A DNA stretch of 54,090 nt from Candidatus Parvarchaeota archaeon (GTDB taxonomy: Archaea > Nanobdellota > Nanobdellia > JAFCGN01): positions 1 to 54,090 of the forward strand of contig JAFCEQ010000002.1 in NCBI GenBank assembly GCA_017609105.1. Reading direction: 5' to 3'. Below are positions 9,501 to 21,023 of the stretch, in pieces. The notes under the pieces were generated by a model, which did not search any database, had not been told where the DNA came from, and saw only the letters and a program-made list of their open reading frames with translations. Every line of letters begins with the position of its first letter. Position 1 is the first letter of the stretch. The position numbers were made by a program, and so were the translations under genes.

Positions 9501-9918
9501 AACCTTCAGGATCAATATTAATATTTCTTAAAACACTATCAACCTCAGCTTTCGTCACTCGCCTACCATTCAACCGATAATCACTATTACCCTTCTTATC
9601 AACCCTTCTTGAAATCCTAACCTCTTCTTCATCAAATCCTTCAACACTCTTATCACTATTATCAAGAACTAAATCAACTCTCGCCTCCTTTGCAGGCTTC
9701 CCGCCCTTACCACCATTAAATACGAGCTCACCTAACCTCTTAGCACGCATATCTTTCTTACTTGTTTTTCCTAAAACAAAAAACAAAGCATCAACAATAT
9801 TAGATTTACCACTCCCATTCGGGCCTACAATCACTGAAAGATTCCTATCAAAGTTCACAACAGTTTTATTCGCAAAACTCTTAAACCCAAGCATCTCAAG
9901 TTTTTTAATCCACGTCAT
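6580..9918 (-). CDS. smc: Chromosome segregation ATPase SMC
   Basis: GFKSF, Walker A GPNGSGKS, coiled coils, central hinge, LSGGE, Walker B/D-loop VDEIDSALD, ITH. Confidence 0.96.
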   Translation of the reverse strand: MTWIKKLEMLGFKSFANKTVVNFDRNLSVIVGPNGSGKSNIVDALFFVLGKTSKKDMRAKRLGELVFNGGKGGKPAKEARVDLVLDNSDKSVEGFDEEEVRISRRVDKKGNSDYRLNGRRVTKAEVDSVLRNINIDPEGFNIIKQGEIARFIEMNPEERAGIIKDIAGISVFEIKKEKALKELQKVENKIKELNIVKKEKEKQLQSLLEEKKTAEKYVKLKNKLNYIEAQILNKKLEGARKKLDEINVNINKINNEIFKINNEIKILKEKETRTEEELKELKVKIEKEGEEESKKIEDEIRELRINIESKEELIKNNKQQLEGLKEKKVNTRNEKLENERKQKELKKKISVEKERLKTLEEKVKKKEEFLEENKSGEQFYELQRKSLSIEEEVVKLKNELEKIVENNELQKKKTKLEKELLLLNKKMKISTSKISKQKELKNEIIKKEDEVEKYINYLLTEKTRVEERIKLKQSFSDAGVIEILKLRKNPEIGKKIFGTFAELITVPSEYANAYKELAGDNLKTIVVEDKSTALKCINYLKKNKLGRAKLLPLKELKDIKIKSKTKEKRAIDLIKFDKKFEKAIKWLFKDSLIVEDLSKVPLNKIAVNKEGIVIKNNLIIGGSETSSIGFKDDDNERKIEEIRNNLENYKNYKVKLGAEKNRILSIITNYTNELSEIKQNINLIKMQLKEIERRIDEKLPKEDDVRRNLRKLKEEKKKIELMLSSTKKTISKEELEKIEKEVKLLKKEHEDLFLKIKAMEAELTKVLEGENKRIESILNQLDKQEKGFKLDIKQMEDFLKKSKKILKEKIEYKKKFFTNIEKLNKRRKKLNQELEKLRLSQIKNKGMIERKEEKRNELKIRKSEIVGEIAGLKERLKEFSNLEVSGTRKTLKELMEEESNLRRTIANYGAVNMKALDKYAHVRNDFEVLSEKSEELEKEKESVLNLISQIEGKKKFVFLNTLKEVNNKFNESFSYLSPEGEARLTLETPENPLEGGLEIVARPAGKKMSSLNLLSGGEKTLVTIAFLFAIQDYKIAPFYIVDEIDSALDKTNSEKLALRIREYSKRTQFIVITHNDEIIMMTDKLYGVSCNDKKISQVVSIKLDDVEKYMDK

Positions 9919-9962
9919 TATAACAACAAAAAAACACTTGTAATTATTAATACTTTTTCTGC

Positions 9963-10112
9963 AGTAAGAACCTCTGTAAGAACCTACGGTTCACTAATCA
10001 CAGAGTGATTGTGCCCAAGTTGCGCCAGCAACTTAGGGCTTACTAACTCCCTTATACATGTTCTTTGGAGTAATAAGAACCTTCAGTATCAGAACCTACA
10101 TGTTCTGATACT
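9963..10112. repeat. Dispersed structured repeat, copy 1
   Basis: 81-bp core 9976-10056 identical to 19148-19228; several hairpins; four AGAACCT motifs. Confidence 0.93.
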
Positions 10113-10131
10113 TCCCTCAAAAAAACACAGC

Positions 10132-10164
10132 ATGTTGGTATTTTATACCAAAATATTTATAAAT
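10132..10164 (+). promoter_or_regulatory. Palindromic operator candidate next to the TATA box of the HTH-cdc48 unit
   Basis: TTGGTAT-TTT-ATACCAA (10135-10151; 9/10 when extended to 10132-10154) just upstream of TATTTATAAA; extra half-site ATGTTGGT at 10165-10172. Confidence 0.55.
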
Positions 10165-10185
10165 ATGTTGGTTCTTTTTGTGAGT

Positions 10186-10497
10186 ATGATTAAGAACAAG
10201 GAGATTGAGAAAAGATTTAATGAAATTTTTAATGAGAAAATTGAGTTTGACTTATTTAATGATGCTTGTTTTGATTTATTAGAGATATTTACTAAAAAAA
10301 GATTAGAAATGTTAAATAAATTAAGTAATGATTCTTTTTTTTCAATAAGAGATCTTGCAGAAAAACTTGATAGAGATGTGAAAAACGTGTATGAGGATTT
10401 ATGCGCTCTTGAAAAGCATCAAATGATTGAATTTGAAGTAAAAGGCAGAGCCAAAATACCTAAATTAAAAAAGAAAGTAATAATACTTAGGTTTTAA
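10186..10497 (+). CDS. Winged-HTH transcriptional regulator (HVO_A0114-like)
   Basis: FTKKRLEML...SIRDLAEKLDRDVKNVYEDL..LE...IEF...GRAKIP; likely start ATG 10186, since the longer ORF reads through the repeat. Confidence 0.85.
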   Translation: MIKNKEIEKRFNEIFNEKIEFDLFNDACFDLLEIFTKKRLEMLNKLSNDSFFSIRDLAEKLDRDVKNVYEDLCALEKHQMIEFEVKGRAKIPKLKKKVIILRF

Positions 10498-12825
<2,328 letters not shown>

Positions 12826-12906
12826 AACTAATAATAATTAACTTAATTAATATTAGTAGTAGACTCGTTCCCTTAGAAATTGTGGGTGGGAAACGAGGAA
12901 AGCAAG

Positions 12907-13629
12907 TTGGTTCATGAAGAAAAAATTTATAACATAATACTTTCCCCAAAACTGACTTGGGAAGGAATTCTTAGAGATATTGTTAAAAAGGAAGGTATGA
13001 ATCCTTGGGATATTAATGTAAGTAGAATAACTGAGAAGTACTTAGAGTTCATAAAAAAATTAGGAAAACAAGATTTTAGGATAAGCGGTAAAATGATTTT
13101 AGCAGCATCCATTTTAGTGCGTTTAAAATCCGAATATTTTGATCATAATGCTCTTGTGAGAAAAGATTATTACTTAAGTGAGTTAGCAGGAATTCTAAAT
13201 GTTTTAAAGCAGAATAAACAAGAAGCTATTATTAATGTTCCTCAAGATTTTGAAATAATACCTAATCTTTCTCCTACACGATTTAGAAAAGTTACTATTG
13301 ATGAATTAGTAGAAGCTCTTAATCAATCAATGAAAGTGCTTAATAGAAAAAAAGAAAGAATGAGGCAAAGAAAAAAAATAGAAAAAATGAAATACAAATT
13401 CAAGCCCTTTAATATAGCAGATAAAATTAAGAAACTTTATTCAAGAATAAATCAACTCTTAAGCATAAAAAAAGAAGAAGAAATCTTATTTAATGAGCTT
13501 TTAGAAAAGAAAACTAAAAAAGATATTATTTGGACTTTTATTCCTTTGCTTCAACTTGCAAATGATAATAAAATAATATTAAAACAAGAAAAAGAATTCG
13601 GTGATATTAGGATTGGCAAGCAAAAATGA
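12907..13629 (+). CDS. scpA: Kleisin ScpA
   Basis: MNPWDINVSRITEKYL, ILAASILVRLKS, RKVTIDELVEAL, TFIPLLQL...LKQEKEFGDI; start uncertain (TTG 12907 after GAGGA, or 12880). Confidence 0.9.
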   Translation: MVHEEKIYNIILSPKLTWEGILRDIVKKEGMNPWDINVSRITEKYLEFIKKLGKQDFRISGKMILAASILVRLKSEYFDHNALVRKDYYLSELAGILNVLKQNKQEAIINVPQDFEIIPNLSPTRFRKVTIDELVEALNQSMKVLNRKKERMRQRKKIEKMKYKFKPFNIADKIKKLYSRINQLLSIKKEEEILFNELLEKKTKKDIIWTFIPLLQLANDNKIILKQEKEFGDIRIGKQK

Positions 13630-14110
13630 GGATTTAAAAAAAGAAATAGAGATTATTGAAGCGCTTTTGTTTTCAAGTGCTTCAGGATTAACTCTTGAAG
13701 AAATAAAAGAAAGAACAAGTATTACTAAATCTAAAATAAATAAGTGTTTGAGTTATTTGAAAGAAAAGCATAAAGGAGGTATTATTGTCACAAATATTAA
13801 TAATAAATGGCATATGAGAATAAATAATGCTTACGCTTCAACTGTTAAAGACCTTGCGAAAAGAGAATTTAGTAAAGCATTGCTCGGAACACTCGCTGTT
13901 ATTGCTTACAAAAATCCAATAACTCAATCAGAAGTTATTAAAATAAGAGGAAATAAAGCTTATGAACATATTAATCAATTATTACAACTTGGTTTTATTT
14001 TAAGCAAGCCTTATGGAAGAACAAAACAATTAAGATTGGGAAACAAGTTTTATGAATACTTCCAAATAAATAAAGGAGATGAAAAAACCATATTTAATTC
14101 AAAAAAATAA
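13601..14110 (+). CDS. scpB: Segregation/condensation protein ScpB
   Basis: IEALLF, TLAVIAYKNPITQSEVIKIRG, AYEHI..L, FYEYF; true start may be TTG 13613. Confidence 0.92.
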   Translation: MILGLASKNEDLKKEIEIIEALLFSSASGLTLEEIKERTSITKSKINKCLSYLKEKHKGGIIVTNINNKWHMRINNAYASTVKDLAKREFSKALLGTLAVIAYKNPITQSEVIKIRGNKAYEHINQLLQLGFILSKPYGRTKQLRLGNKFYEYFQINKGDEKTIFNSKK

Positions 14111-14190
14111 TAAGAAAAATTATTACAACAAAATTTATTAAATGGTGTGAATTCGTTATTTATATACTACAAACAAGAGTGGTGAACAAT

Positions 14191-14469
14191 ATGTTAAAAT
14201 TAAAAAATGTTTCAAAAATTTACGGAATGAAAGTTTATACTGATGGCGGAGAATACTTTGGAGATGTTGAAGATTTAAACATTGAAAACAATAAAGTTGT
14301 TAGTTGGAAAATAAAAAACACTAATGGAAGTTTGCTTTCAAGAGCTGTTGGTGTTGGTGCAAAAGGAGTTATTGTTCCTCACCAATATTTAATAAGTATT
14401 GGGGACATAGTTATCTTAAGCAAATCAGCAATACCAAGTTTTGAACCTCAAGAAGAAACAGCTTACTAA
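14191..14469 (+). CDS. PRC-barrel protein (CdpB-like)
   Basis: GMKVYTDGGEYFGDVEDLNI...IVPHQYLISIGDIVIL; GGTGA SD at 14181-14185 before ATG 14191. Confidence 0.85.
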   Translation: MLKLKNVSKIYGMKVYTDGGEYFGDVEDLNIENNKVVSWKIKNTNGSLLSRAVGVGAKGVIVPHQYLISIGDIVILSKSAIPSFEPQEETAY

Positions 14470-14573
14470 AATTTAATAAAAATTCTTTTTATTACCCTTT
14501 CTTTATTCCCTAAAACTTTTTATATTGATTTTTAGTTTAACTTTTAATTAAGAATGCAAGGGTTATGTAGAAG

Positions 14574-16478
14574 ATGAAAAAAGAATTTAATTTTAAAACA
14601 ACAAAAGAAATAAGAATTCCTAAGAAATTAATAGACCAAGTTATTGGTCAAGATGAAGCAGTTAACATAATTAAGAAAGCAGCAAAACAAAAGAGAAATG
14701 TCTTACTCATTGGCGAGCCAGGAACAGGTAAAAGCCTTCTTGGAAAAGCAATGGCTGAGCTCATGCCAAGCGAAGAACTTGAGGACATGCTTTGTTTTCC
14801 AAATCCTGAAGACGAGAATAAGCCAATAATAAAAACAGTGCCTGCAGGTGAAGGAAAAAAAATAATTGAAAGAGCAAAAATGAGTTCTTTGAAATCACTG
14901 CCTGAAAATAATAATAAGGGTTGGTTATGGTTGCTTGTTTTTTTTGTGGCATTAAATTTAATTCAACTTGTCGGTGATTTCATCGCGAATAATGAAAAAA
15001 GCGATGTTCTTATCGCTGCTGATAGATTAATAACTACAATGTTTCTTATGATTTCTGTTTTAGTTCTTATTGTTTTTTATTCTTTTTACAGATTAAAGCT
15101 TGTGAAACCTAAGATTATAACACCAAAACTCTTAATAAATAATGAAGGAAAAAAAACCGCTCCTTTTGAAGATGCAACAGGAGCTCATGCTGGAGCTCTT
15201 CTTGGAGATGTTCGTCACGACCCATTTCAAGCAGGAGGGCTTCAAACGCCTGCGCATGAAAGAGTAGAGCCAGGAGCAATACATAAAGCACATAAAGGTG
15301 TTTTATTCATAGATGAGATTGCAACAATTAATCCTGAAACTCAAATTGATTTGCTTACGAGCATGCAAGAAAAAAAATTATCAATAACAGGGAGAAGTGA
15401 AAGATCTTCAGGAGCAATGGTTAAAACAACTCCTGCTCCATGCGATTTTGTTCTTATTGCAGCAGGCAATTTACACACTATTCAACAAATGCATCCTGCT
15501 ATGAGAAGCAGGATTAGGGGTTATGGTTATGAGGTTTACATGAATAATAACATGGATGATACTCCTGAGAATAGAAAAAAATTCACACGTTTCGTTGCTC
15601 AAGAAATTTCAAAAGACAAGAAAATCCCTCATTTCACGAGAGATGCTGTTATAGAACTCCTTAATGAAGCAAAAAGAATGTCAGGAAGAAAAGGAAAAAT
15701 AACATTACGATTAAGAGAAGTTGGAGGTCTCATAAGATCTGCTGGCGATATTGCTAAAGAAGAAGGTTCAAAAATTGTTAAACGAGAGCACGTGCTTAAA
15801 GGATTAAAAGTAAGTCATTATGTGGAACAACAAATTGCTCAAAGATATATTAAAGAAAAAAAAGAATACCAAGTAATTCAAACAAAAGGTTTTAAAGAAG
15901 GAAGAGTTAATGGGTTAGCCGTAATTAGTAACACTAATTCAGGAATGGTTCTACCAATTGAAGCAACAGTCACGCCAGCACTTGCTAAAGAAAAAGGAAA
16001 CATTATTGCAACAGGAAAACTTGGAAAAATAGCAACTGAAGCAGTAACTAATGTTTCAGCAGTTATTAAAAAATATTCAGGTAAGAGTATAAGGGATTAT
16101 GATATTCACATACAATTTCTTCAAGCGTATGAAGGCGTTGAAGGGGATTCAGCGAGCATAAGCATTGCAACAGCAATAGTAAGCGCGTTAGAAGGAGTTC
16201 CTGTAAAACAAAATCTTTCAATGACAGGCTCTTTAAGTGTTAGAGGAGAAGTGCTTCCAATCGGAGGAGTTAATGCAAAAATCAAAGCATCAATAGAAGC
16301 AGGAATTAAAACAGTTATTATACCAAAAATGAATGAAAAAGATGTCTTGCTTCCTAAAGAAGAATTAAAAAAAATAAAGATTATTCCAGTGAATACAATA
16401 GATGAAGTATTAGCGCATGCGTGCGTGTGGAATGAAACTAAGAAAAAAATTTTAGCAAAGATTAAAAAGGCTATTTAA
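14574..16478 (+). CDS. lonB: Membrane-anchored ATP-dependent protease LonB
   Basis: DQVIGQ, GEPGTGKS, two TM segments in the AAA domain, LFIDEI, VEGDSAS (catalytic Ser), PIGGVNAKI (catalytic Lys). Confidence 0.96.
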   Translation: MKKEFNFKTTKEIRIPKKLIDQVIGQDEAVNIIKKAAKQKRNVLLIGEPGTGKSLLGKAMAELMPSEELEDMLCFPNPEDENKPIIKTVPAGEGKKIIERAKMSSLKSLPENNNKGWLWLLVFFVALNLIQLVGDFIANNEKSDVLIAADRLITTMFLMISVLVLIVFYSFYRLKLVKPKIITPKLLINNEGKKTAPFEDATGAHAGALLGDVRHDPFQAGGLQTPAHERVEPGAIHKAHKGVLFIDEIATINPETQIDLLTSMQEKKLSITGRSERSSGAMVKTTPAPCDFVLIAAGNLHTIQQMHPAMRSRIRGYGYEVYMNNNMDDTPENRKKFTRFVAQEISKDKKIPHFTRDAVIELLNEAKRMSGRKGKITLRLREVGGLIRSAGDIAKEEGSKIVKREHVLKGLKVSHYVEQQIAQRYIKEKKEYQVIQTKGFKEGRVNGLAVISNTNSGMVLPIEATVTPALAKEKGNIIATGKLGKIATEAVTNVSAVIKKYSGKSIRDYDIHIQFLQAYEGVEGDSASISIATAIVSALEGVPVKQNLSMTGSLSVRGEVLPIGGVNAKIKASIEAGIKTVIIPKMNEKDVLLPKEELKKIKIIPVNTIDEVLAHACVWNETKKKILAKIKKAI

Positions 16479-16494
16479 CACTTTAATTAACATA

Positions 16495-17865
16495 ATGGAA
16501 TATTTTAATATTTTAAGGAAGTATAGAATAACTTATTCTGATTTAAGAAAAAATTCATTAATCTCGCACATGCTTAAAATGGAGAACGGCGTTGTTAATG
16601 TTAATTCAAGAATAAACGCTTCAATAAATGGTTTAAGAGTTTTCAGTAATAATGGTTTAGGATTTGTTTATTTTAATGACAATGATTTAAGACAAGCCTT
16701 TAACAGAGCATTAAATATAGCAAAAGCTTTTGGCAAATACTCAAATGAGAAACAAAAAGTGTGTAATTACAAAAAAACACGATTTACAGAAAAAAATCCG
16801 GATTCAAATATTTTTGATGTCAGTGATGAAGAAAAAATAGAATTCCTTAAACACATTACTTCTGAATTAGAAACGCATTCAAAAGTTAAGAACACCTTAG
16901 TTGTGCTTTACCAAACAGAAGAGAACAAGGATTTCATGAATTCTGAACTCTCTCAAATTCACTTGAAGCAAAGAATAACTAGGTTAAGCGTTGTTGTTAC
17001 AATGAAAGAAAAAAATAATCTTCAAGAATATTACACTACTTTCGGAAAACAAGGAGGTTGGGAAGTATTAAAAAAACTTGATGTTAATGCTTTAACAGAA
17101 ACTGTTTTGAATAAATGCGAAACATTGTTAAAAGCAAAACCAGCGCCTGCAGGAAGATACCCGGTAATTCTTGACCCTGAAATAACAGGTGTTTTCTTTC
17201 ATGAAGCAATTGGGCATGCTTGCGAAGCAGACGCTGTTTTAGAAAACCAAAGCTTGTTTAAAAACAAGTTAGGTGAAAAAGTAGCGAACGATTTAATAAC
17301 TCTTTATGATGACCCAACCCTTCCTGAATCCGCGGGCTCATACCTTTATGATGATGAAGGCATAAAAGCAAAAAAAACATTGTTAATTAATAAAGGCGTT
17401 TTAAACTCTTACTTGCATTCAAGAAGCACAGCAGCAAAAATGAATCAAGAGCCAACAGGAAACGGGAGAAGCGAATTCGCTAATACACTGCCTATTCCAA
17501 GAATGAGTAATATTGTATTAGAACCAGGCGATTCTTCAAAAGAAGAATTATTTGAATCTGTTAAAAAAGGAATACTCCTTATTGGAAGTAGAGGAGGAGT
17601 TGTTGAACCAACAAAAGGAAATTTTTTATTCAATGCTAAAGAAGCATTCTTAATAGAGAACGGAAGAATAACAACACCACTAAGAGATGTTTCCTTAAGC
17701 GGTAATTCCTTAGAAATCTTAAACAAAATTTCAGGAATTAGCAAGAAATCAGTGTTTTCTTTCACAGCAGGGCATTGCGGGAAAAAAGGACAAAAAGTGC
17801 CTGTTGATGAAAAAACACCTTTCATAAAAGTTGATGAGGCGATTGTTGGTGGAAGGGATTATTGA
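16495..17865 (+). CDS. tldD: TldD metalloprotease
   Basis: FFHEAIGHACEAD, YDDEG, GNGR, PRMSN, C-terminal CGKKGQ. Confidence 0.92.
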   Translation: MEYFNILRKYRITYSDLRKNSLISHMLKMENGVVNVNSRINASINGLRVFSNNGLGFVYFNDNDLRQAFNRALNIAKAFGKYSNEKQKVCNYKKTRFTEKNPDSNIFDVSDEEKIEFLKHITSELETHSKVKNTLVVLYQTEENKDFMNSELSQIHLKQRITRLSVVVTMKEKNNLQEYYTTFGKQGGWEVLKKLDVNALTETVLNKCETLLKAKPAPAGRYPVILDPEITGVFFHEAIGHACEADAVLENQSLFKNKLGEKVANDLITLYDDPTLPESAGSYLYDDEGIKAKKTLLINKGVLNSYLHSRSTAAKMNQEPTGNGRSEFANTLPIPRMSNIVLEPGDSSKEELFESVKKGILLIGSRGGVVEPTKGNFLFNAKEAFLIENGRITTPLRDVSLSGNSLEILNKISGISKKSVFSFTAGHCGKKGQKVPVDEKTPFIKVDEAIVGGRDY

Positions 17866-19135
17866 AAAAATAATAAACAAATCAGAATATGATACAGAAG
17901 TTTTTGTTCAAAACAATTCAAGGATTAAAGCTTCTTTTGACACTAAATTAAGAAGGATTACAGCAGGAAATATCACAACTCTAACAATAAGAGTAACAAT
18001 AAATAATGCAAGCGGGAGCGCAACAACAACTAACTTAAAAGATTGGGAGTCCTGCTTAACTAATGCAATAAAATCAGCTAAATTCTCTCCACCACTAAAA
18101 ACAAAGTTTTCTCTTCCAAGAGTTCAAAATTACAGAGGAATCAGAGTGAATTCAAGCAGATTAAATGCAATGACTGAAGAAGACATCATAGAAACAGGAT
18201 TAAGCATTCTAAACAAAGCAGGAAACACTACTGTTCAACAATTAGTAATAAGTAAAGAAATTAATAAGAATGTGTCAGCGAACACGAACGGGATTTTCAT
18301 TGATTCAAAAGATTCTCTCATATCCTCTGAAATAAGTCTTACAAGAAAAGGAGCGACAGCAAGCGAGTACTGCATTTCAAGAAGATACCCTAATTTTAAT
18401 TTTTTTGTAGAAAACGCAGTTAACTTATGCAATACCTCAATAAACCCTGTTAAAATCCCAACAAAAAAAATGAACGTGATTCTTAATTACCCTGCAATAC
18501 AAGATTTATTAGAATCCGCGTTCAGCCCCTCAATATGGCTTAATAATGTTCTTGAAGGAAAAAGCTTGCTCAAAGACAAGATTAACAAAAAAATTTTCTC
18601 AAACAAATTCACTCTTACTGACTCAGGAATCATTGATTACGGCGTTGGCTCATCCAAATTTGATGTGGAAGGCGTGAGAACTCAAAGCACAAAAATTATT
18701 GAAAAAGGCGTTTTAAAAAATTACTTAAGCGATTGGTATTCAGCCACGAAATACGCTCAACTCAAAAAAAAAGAATTCACATCCTCAACAGGAAACGCTG
18801 CTTCCCTCCTAAAACGCCCAAGCGTTTATCACTCAAACCTTGTTGTTGAACCAGGCGACCATTCTTATTCAGAACTCATGGAAGGAACTTCTTTATTAAT
18901 TAACTTCTTAATCGGAGCTCACACTGTTAACCCAACAAGCGGGGACTTCAGTTTGAACTGCGAGAACGCTTACTTAGTAAATAATGGCGTTCTCACACCT
19001 GTTAAACAAGTAATGATAAGCGGAAACATTTACGAACTATTTAAAAACATAATTGCTATTGGAAGAAAACCAAGAAGCGACGGACAAGTAATCAGCCCAC
19101 CAATAAAATTCAAAAACGTCCAAGTTATTTCCTAA
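17849..19135 (+). CDS. pmbA: PmbA/TldE partner subunit
   Basis: FDVEGV, GVLKNYL, STGNA, GAHTVNPTSGDFS, MISGNIYELF; lacks HExxH; start GTG 17849 or TTG 17831. Confidence 0.88.
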   Translation: MEGIIEKIINKSEYDTEVFVQNNSRIKASFDTKLRRITAGNITTLTIRVTINNASGSATTTNLKDWESCLTNAIKSAKFSPPLKTKFSLPRVQNYRGIRVNSSRLNAMTEEDIIETGLSILNKAGNTTVQQLVISKEINKNVSANTNGIFIDSKDSLISSEISLTRKGATASEYCISRRYPNFNFFVENAVNLCNTSINPVKIPTKKMNVILNYPAIQDLLESAFSPSIWLNNVLEGKSLLKDKINKKIFSNKFTLTDSGIIDYGVGSSKFDVEGVRTQSTKIIEKGVLKNYLSDWYSATKYAQLKKKEFTSSTGNAASLLKRPSVYHSNLVVEPGDHSYSELMEGTSLLINFLIGAHTVNPTSGDFSLNCENAYLVNNGVLTPVKQVMISGNIYELFKNIIAIGRKPRSDGQVISPPIKFKNVQVIS

Positions 19136-19273
19136 GTAAGAACCTCAGTAAGAACCTACGGTTCACTAATCACAGAGTGATTGTGCCCAAGTTGCGCCAG
19201 CAACTTAGGGCTTACTAACTCCCTTATAATATGTTCTTTGGGGTAATCAGAACCTCCAGCGGGTTCCGATACC
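19135..19273. repeat. Dispersed structured repeat, copy 2 (same orientation as copy 1)
   Basis: Starts at the pmbA stop codon; core 19148-19228 identical to 9976-10056; diverged terminal hairpin. Confidence 0.93.
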
Positions 19274-19360
19274 TCCAGCAACCAATTAAAACTTTCTTAC
19301 AAGAAAGGGGCAGCAGTAATAAAGTTAAGTTTAAAAAGACTAATTATTTTCAATAGGAAC

Positions 19361-19435
19361 AGCGGGGTAGAGCAGCCTGGAGTGCTCGCAGGGCTCATAA
19401 CCCTGAGGTCCGTGGTTCAAATCCACGCCCCGCTA
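19361..19435 (+). tRNA. Initiator tRNA-Met(CAT)
   Basis: A1-U72 pair (AGCGGGG/CCCCGCT), anticodon arm CAGGG-CT-CAT-AA-CCCTG with three G-C pairs; TATA TTTAAAAA at 19330-19337. Confidence 0.96.
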
Positions 19436-19462
19436 TAAAAAAAAGAAAATTCAATTTTTTTA

Positions 19463-20317
19463 TTATAATTCTATAGTAAGGATTAAACCACCATAATTTT
19501 TTTGCGAGAATTCCTTCACTTTTTTACTTAATTTATGCTTGCTTACAAAAATTAAAGGAAGTTTTTGCTTCTGAGCTTCTGTAAATGCAATCGCAATATC
19601 ACTTTCACTAATCCTCTTCTTGTTTTTTGCTTTAACATAATATTTTTGCTTAAGCTGATTTAAACTCATAATCTCTAAATCAATTTCCCCTTTCTTCTTT
19701 TTATTACTATTAATAATTGTGAAACCAAGTTTTTTTAATTCATTTTCAACAATACTCGCAAATTCAGAAGAATCCTCTTTTTTAATCTTTTCTTTTCTTT
19801 CTTTTTCTACTTTTCTTTCTTCAAAACTTGTTCGCTCATTAAATAAGCTTGCAGGCGTGTTTTCAACTGTTTTTCCAACAACTTCATGTTTTCCAACACT
19901 TCGCGTTTTATTAACAAGTGTTTCATCAAAAGAATAATACTTAAAATAAACTTCATTATTCCTTTTGATTGATATAATGAAATCAAGGCATCTTGGCAGA
20001 AGAAATTTTTCTTGAACGCTTAATTCATTCTCTCTAATCACTCCTCTTTCTTTTATTTTATTCACTAATTTTTTGCTCACAAAATCCAAGCCATCAAAAA
20101 TCATTTTTTTTGCTTTTTCTTCATGAATTGGTAAATAATATAAGGGGCTTCCGCCAAGTTTTCCTTTTGTTGCAAATATTTTTCCAGAATTTCTTAATTC
20201 ATCTAAAATAACTTTTGAAAAAAAAGTATCTTTATTAATAATGTTATTTATTTGGCTTGGATGTGATGGCCCATTATTTTTTAAAAACTCAATTATTTTT
20301 TTTTCATAAACTTCCAT
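19463..20317 (-). CDS. Hypothetical protein: N-terminal wHTH-like region, C-terminal restriction-endonuclease-like (PD-(D/E)XK-type) fold
   Basis: IIEFLKNNGPSHPSQI...GGSPLYYL; C-terminal LKKLGF...EIDLEI...YYVKAKNKKRISESDI. Confidence 0.6.
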   Translation of the reverse strand: MEVYEKKIIEFLKNNGPSHPSQINNIINKDTFFSKVILDELRNSGKIFATKGKLGGSPLYYLPIHEEKAKKMIFDGLDFVSKKLVNKIKERGVIRENELSVQEKFLLPRCLDFIISIKRNNEVYFKYYSFDETLVNKTRSVGKHEVVGKTVENTPASLFNERTSFEERKVEKERKEKIKKEDSSEFASIVENELKKLGFTIINSNKKKKGEIDLEIMSLNQLKQKYYVKAKNKKRISESDIAIAFTEAQKQKLPLIFVSKHKLSKKVKEFSQKNYGGLILTIEL

Positions 20318-20358
20318 GAAAATTAATTTAAATTAGTGGTTTAAATAGATTATTAGAG

Positions 20359-20964
20359 ATGAGAACAATTTCCGAATTTAAAAAAAATGATTTAGAATGG
20401 GCTTTTAAGCTTGTTAGAAGAACAATTGATGCAGTTTTTGATAATACTGAACCATTTGTTGGTGTGATTCCAGAGGTTTTTAAGAAAAAAAGAGGTGTTT
20501 TTGTTACACTCACAATTAATGAAAAACTACGAGGGTGCATGGGTTTTATTAAAAATGTTTTTCCAACTTGGGATGCTCTTATGAAAGCATCAAGAGGTGC
20601 TGCTTTTCAAGACACAAGATTCCCTCCTTTGAAGAGGTATGAATTAGATAAGATTGAAATTGAATTAAGTTTTCTTACTGAACCAAAGAAAATTATTGTA
20701 AATAATCCAAGAGAGTATTTAAATAAAATAAACAATAAAATGGGTTTAGTATTCAAAAAAGGATTTCATATGAGCGTTCTTTTACCGCAAGTTTGGAAGC
20801 AAATACCTGATAAAGAAGATTTCTTGAACGCTCTTTGCGAGAAAGCAGGTTTGGGTTGGGGTTCATGGCTTGATAAAAATGTTGTTCTTGAAAGCTTTTT
20901 TGTTGAAAGTTATAAAGAGTTCAGGAGTTCAGGAAAAACAATAATTAAAAGAATTGAGTTTTAG
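20359..20964 (+). CDS. amrA: AMMECR1-domain protein (AmmeMemoRadiSam protein A)
   Basis: RGVFVTL, LRGCMG, AAFQDTRFPPL, LLPQVW, LCEKAG. Confidence 0.92.
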   Translation: MRTISEFKKNDLEWAFKLVRRTIDAVFDNTEPFVGVIPEVFKKKRGVFVTLTINEKLRGCMGFIKNVFPTWDALMKASRGAAFQDTRFPPLKRYELDKIEIELSFLTEPKKIIVNNPREYLNKINNKMGLVFKKGFHMSVLLPQVWKQIPDKEDFLNALCEKAGLGWGSWLDKNVVLESFFVESYKEFRSSGKTIIKRIEF

Positions 20965-21023
20965 GAAGTATTAAATTTTTTTTTAGAAATCTTTAAAATA
21001 AGCGTTTTTTCATTTATTTTTTA

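Noticed and set aside
9963..10112. CRISPR array or mini-array (GTTGC...GCAAC palindrome, repeated GTAAGAACCT)
   Set aside because: No regular repeat-spacer periodicity and no cas genes; the two copies are 9 kb apart
10009..10185. N-terminal extension of the HTH ORF
   Set aside because: Read-through of the repeat and promoter; the TATA and ATG 10186 give a better start
19250..19280. Canonical ORB origin boxes (CTCCAG motifs)
   Set aside because: No TCCAGTGGAA-like box with G-string, and no cdc6/orc1 gene in the window
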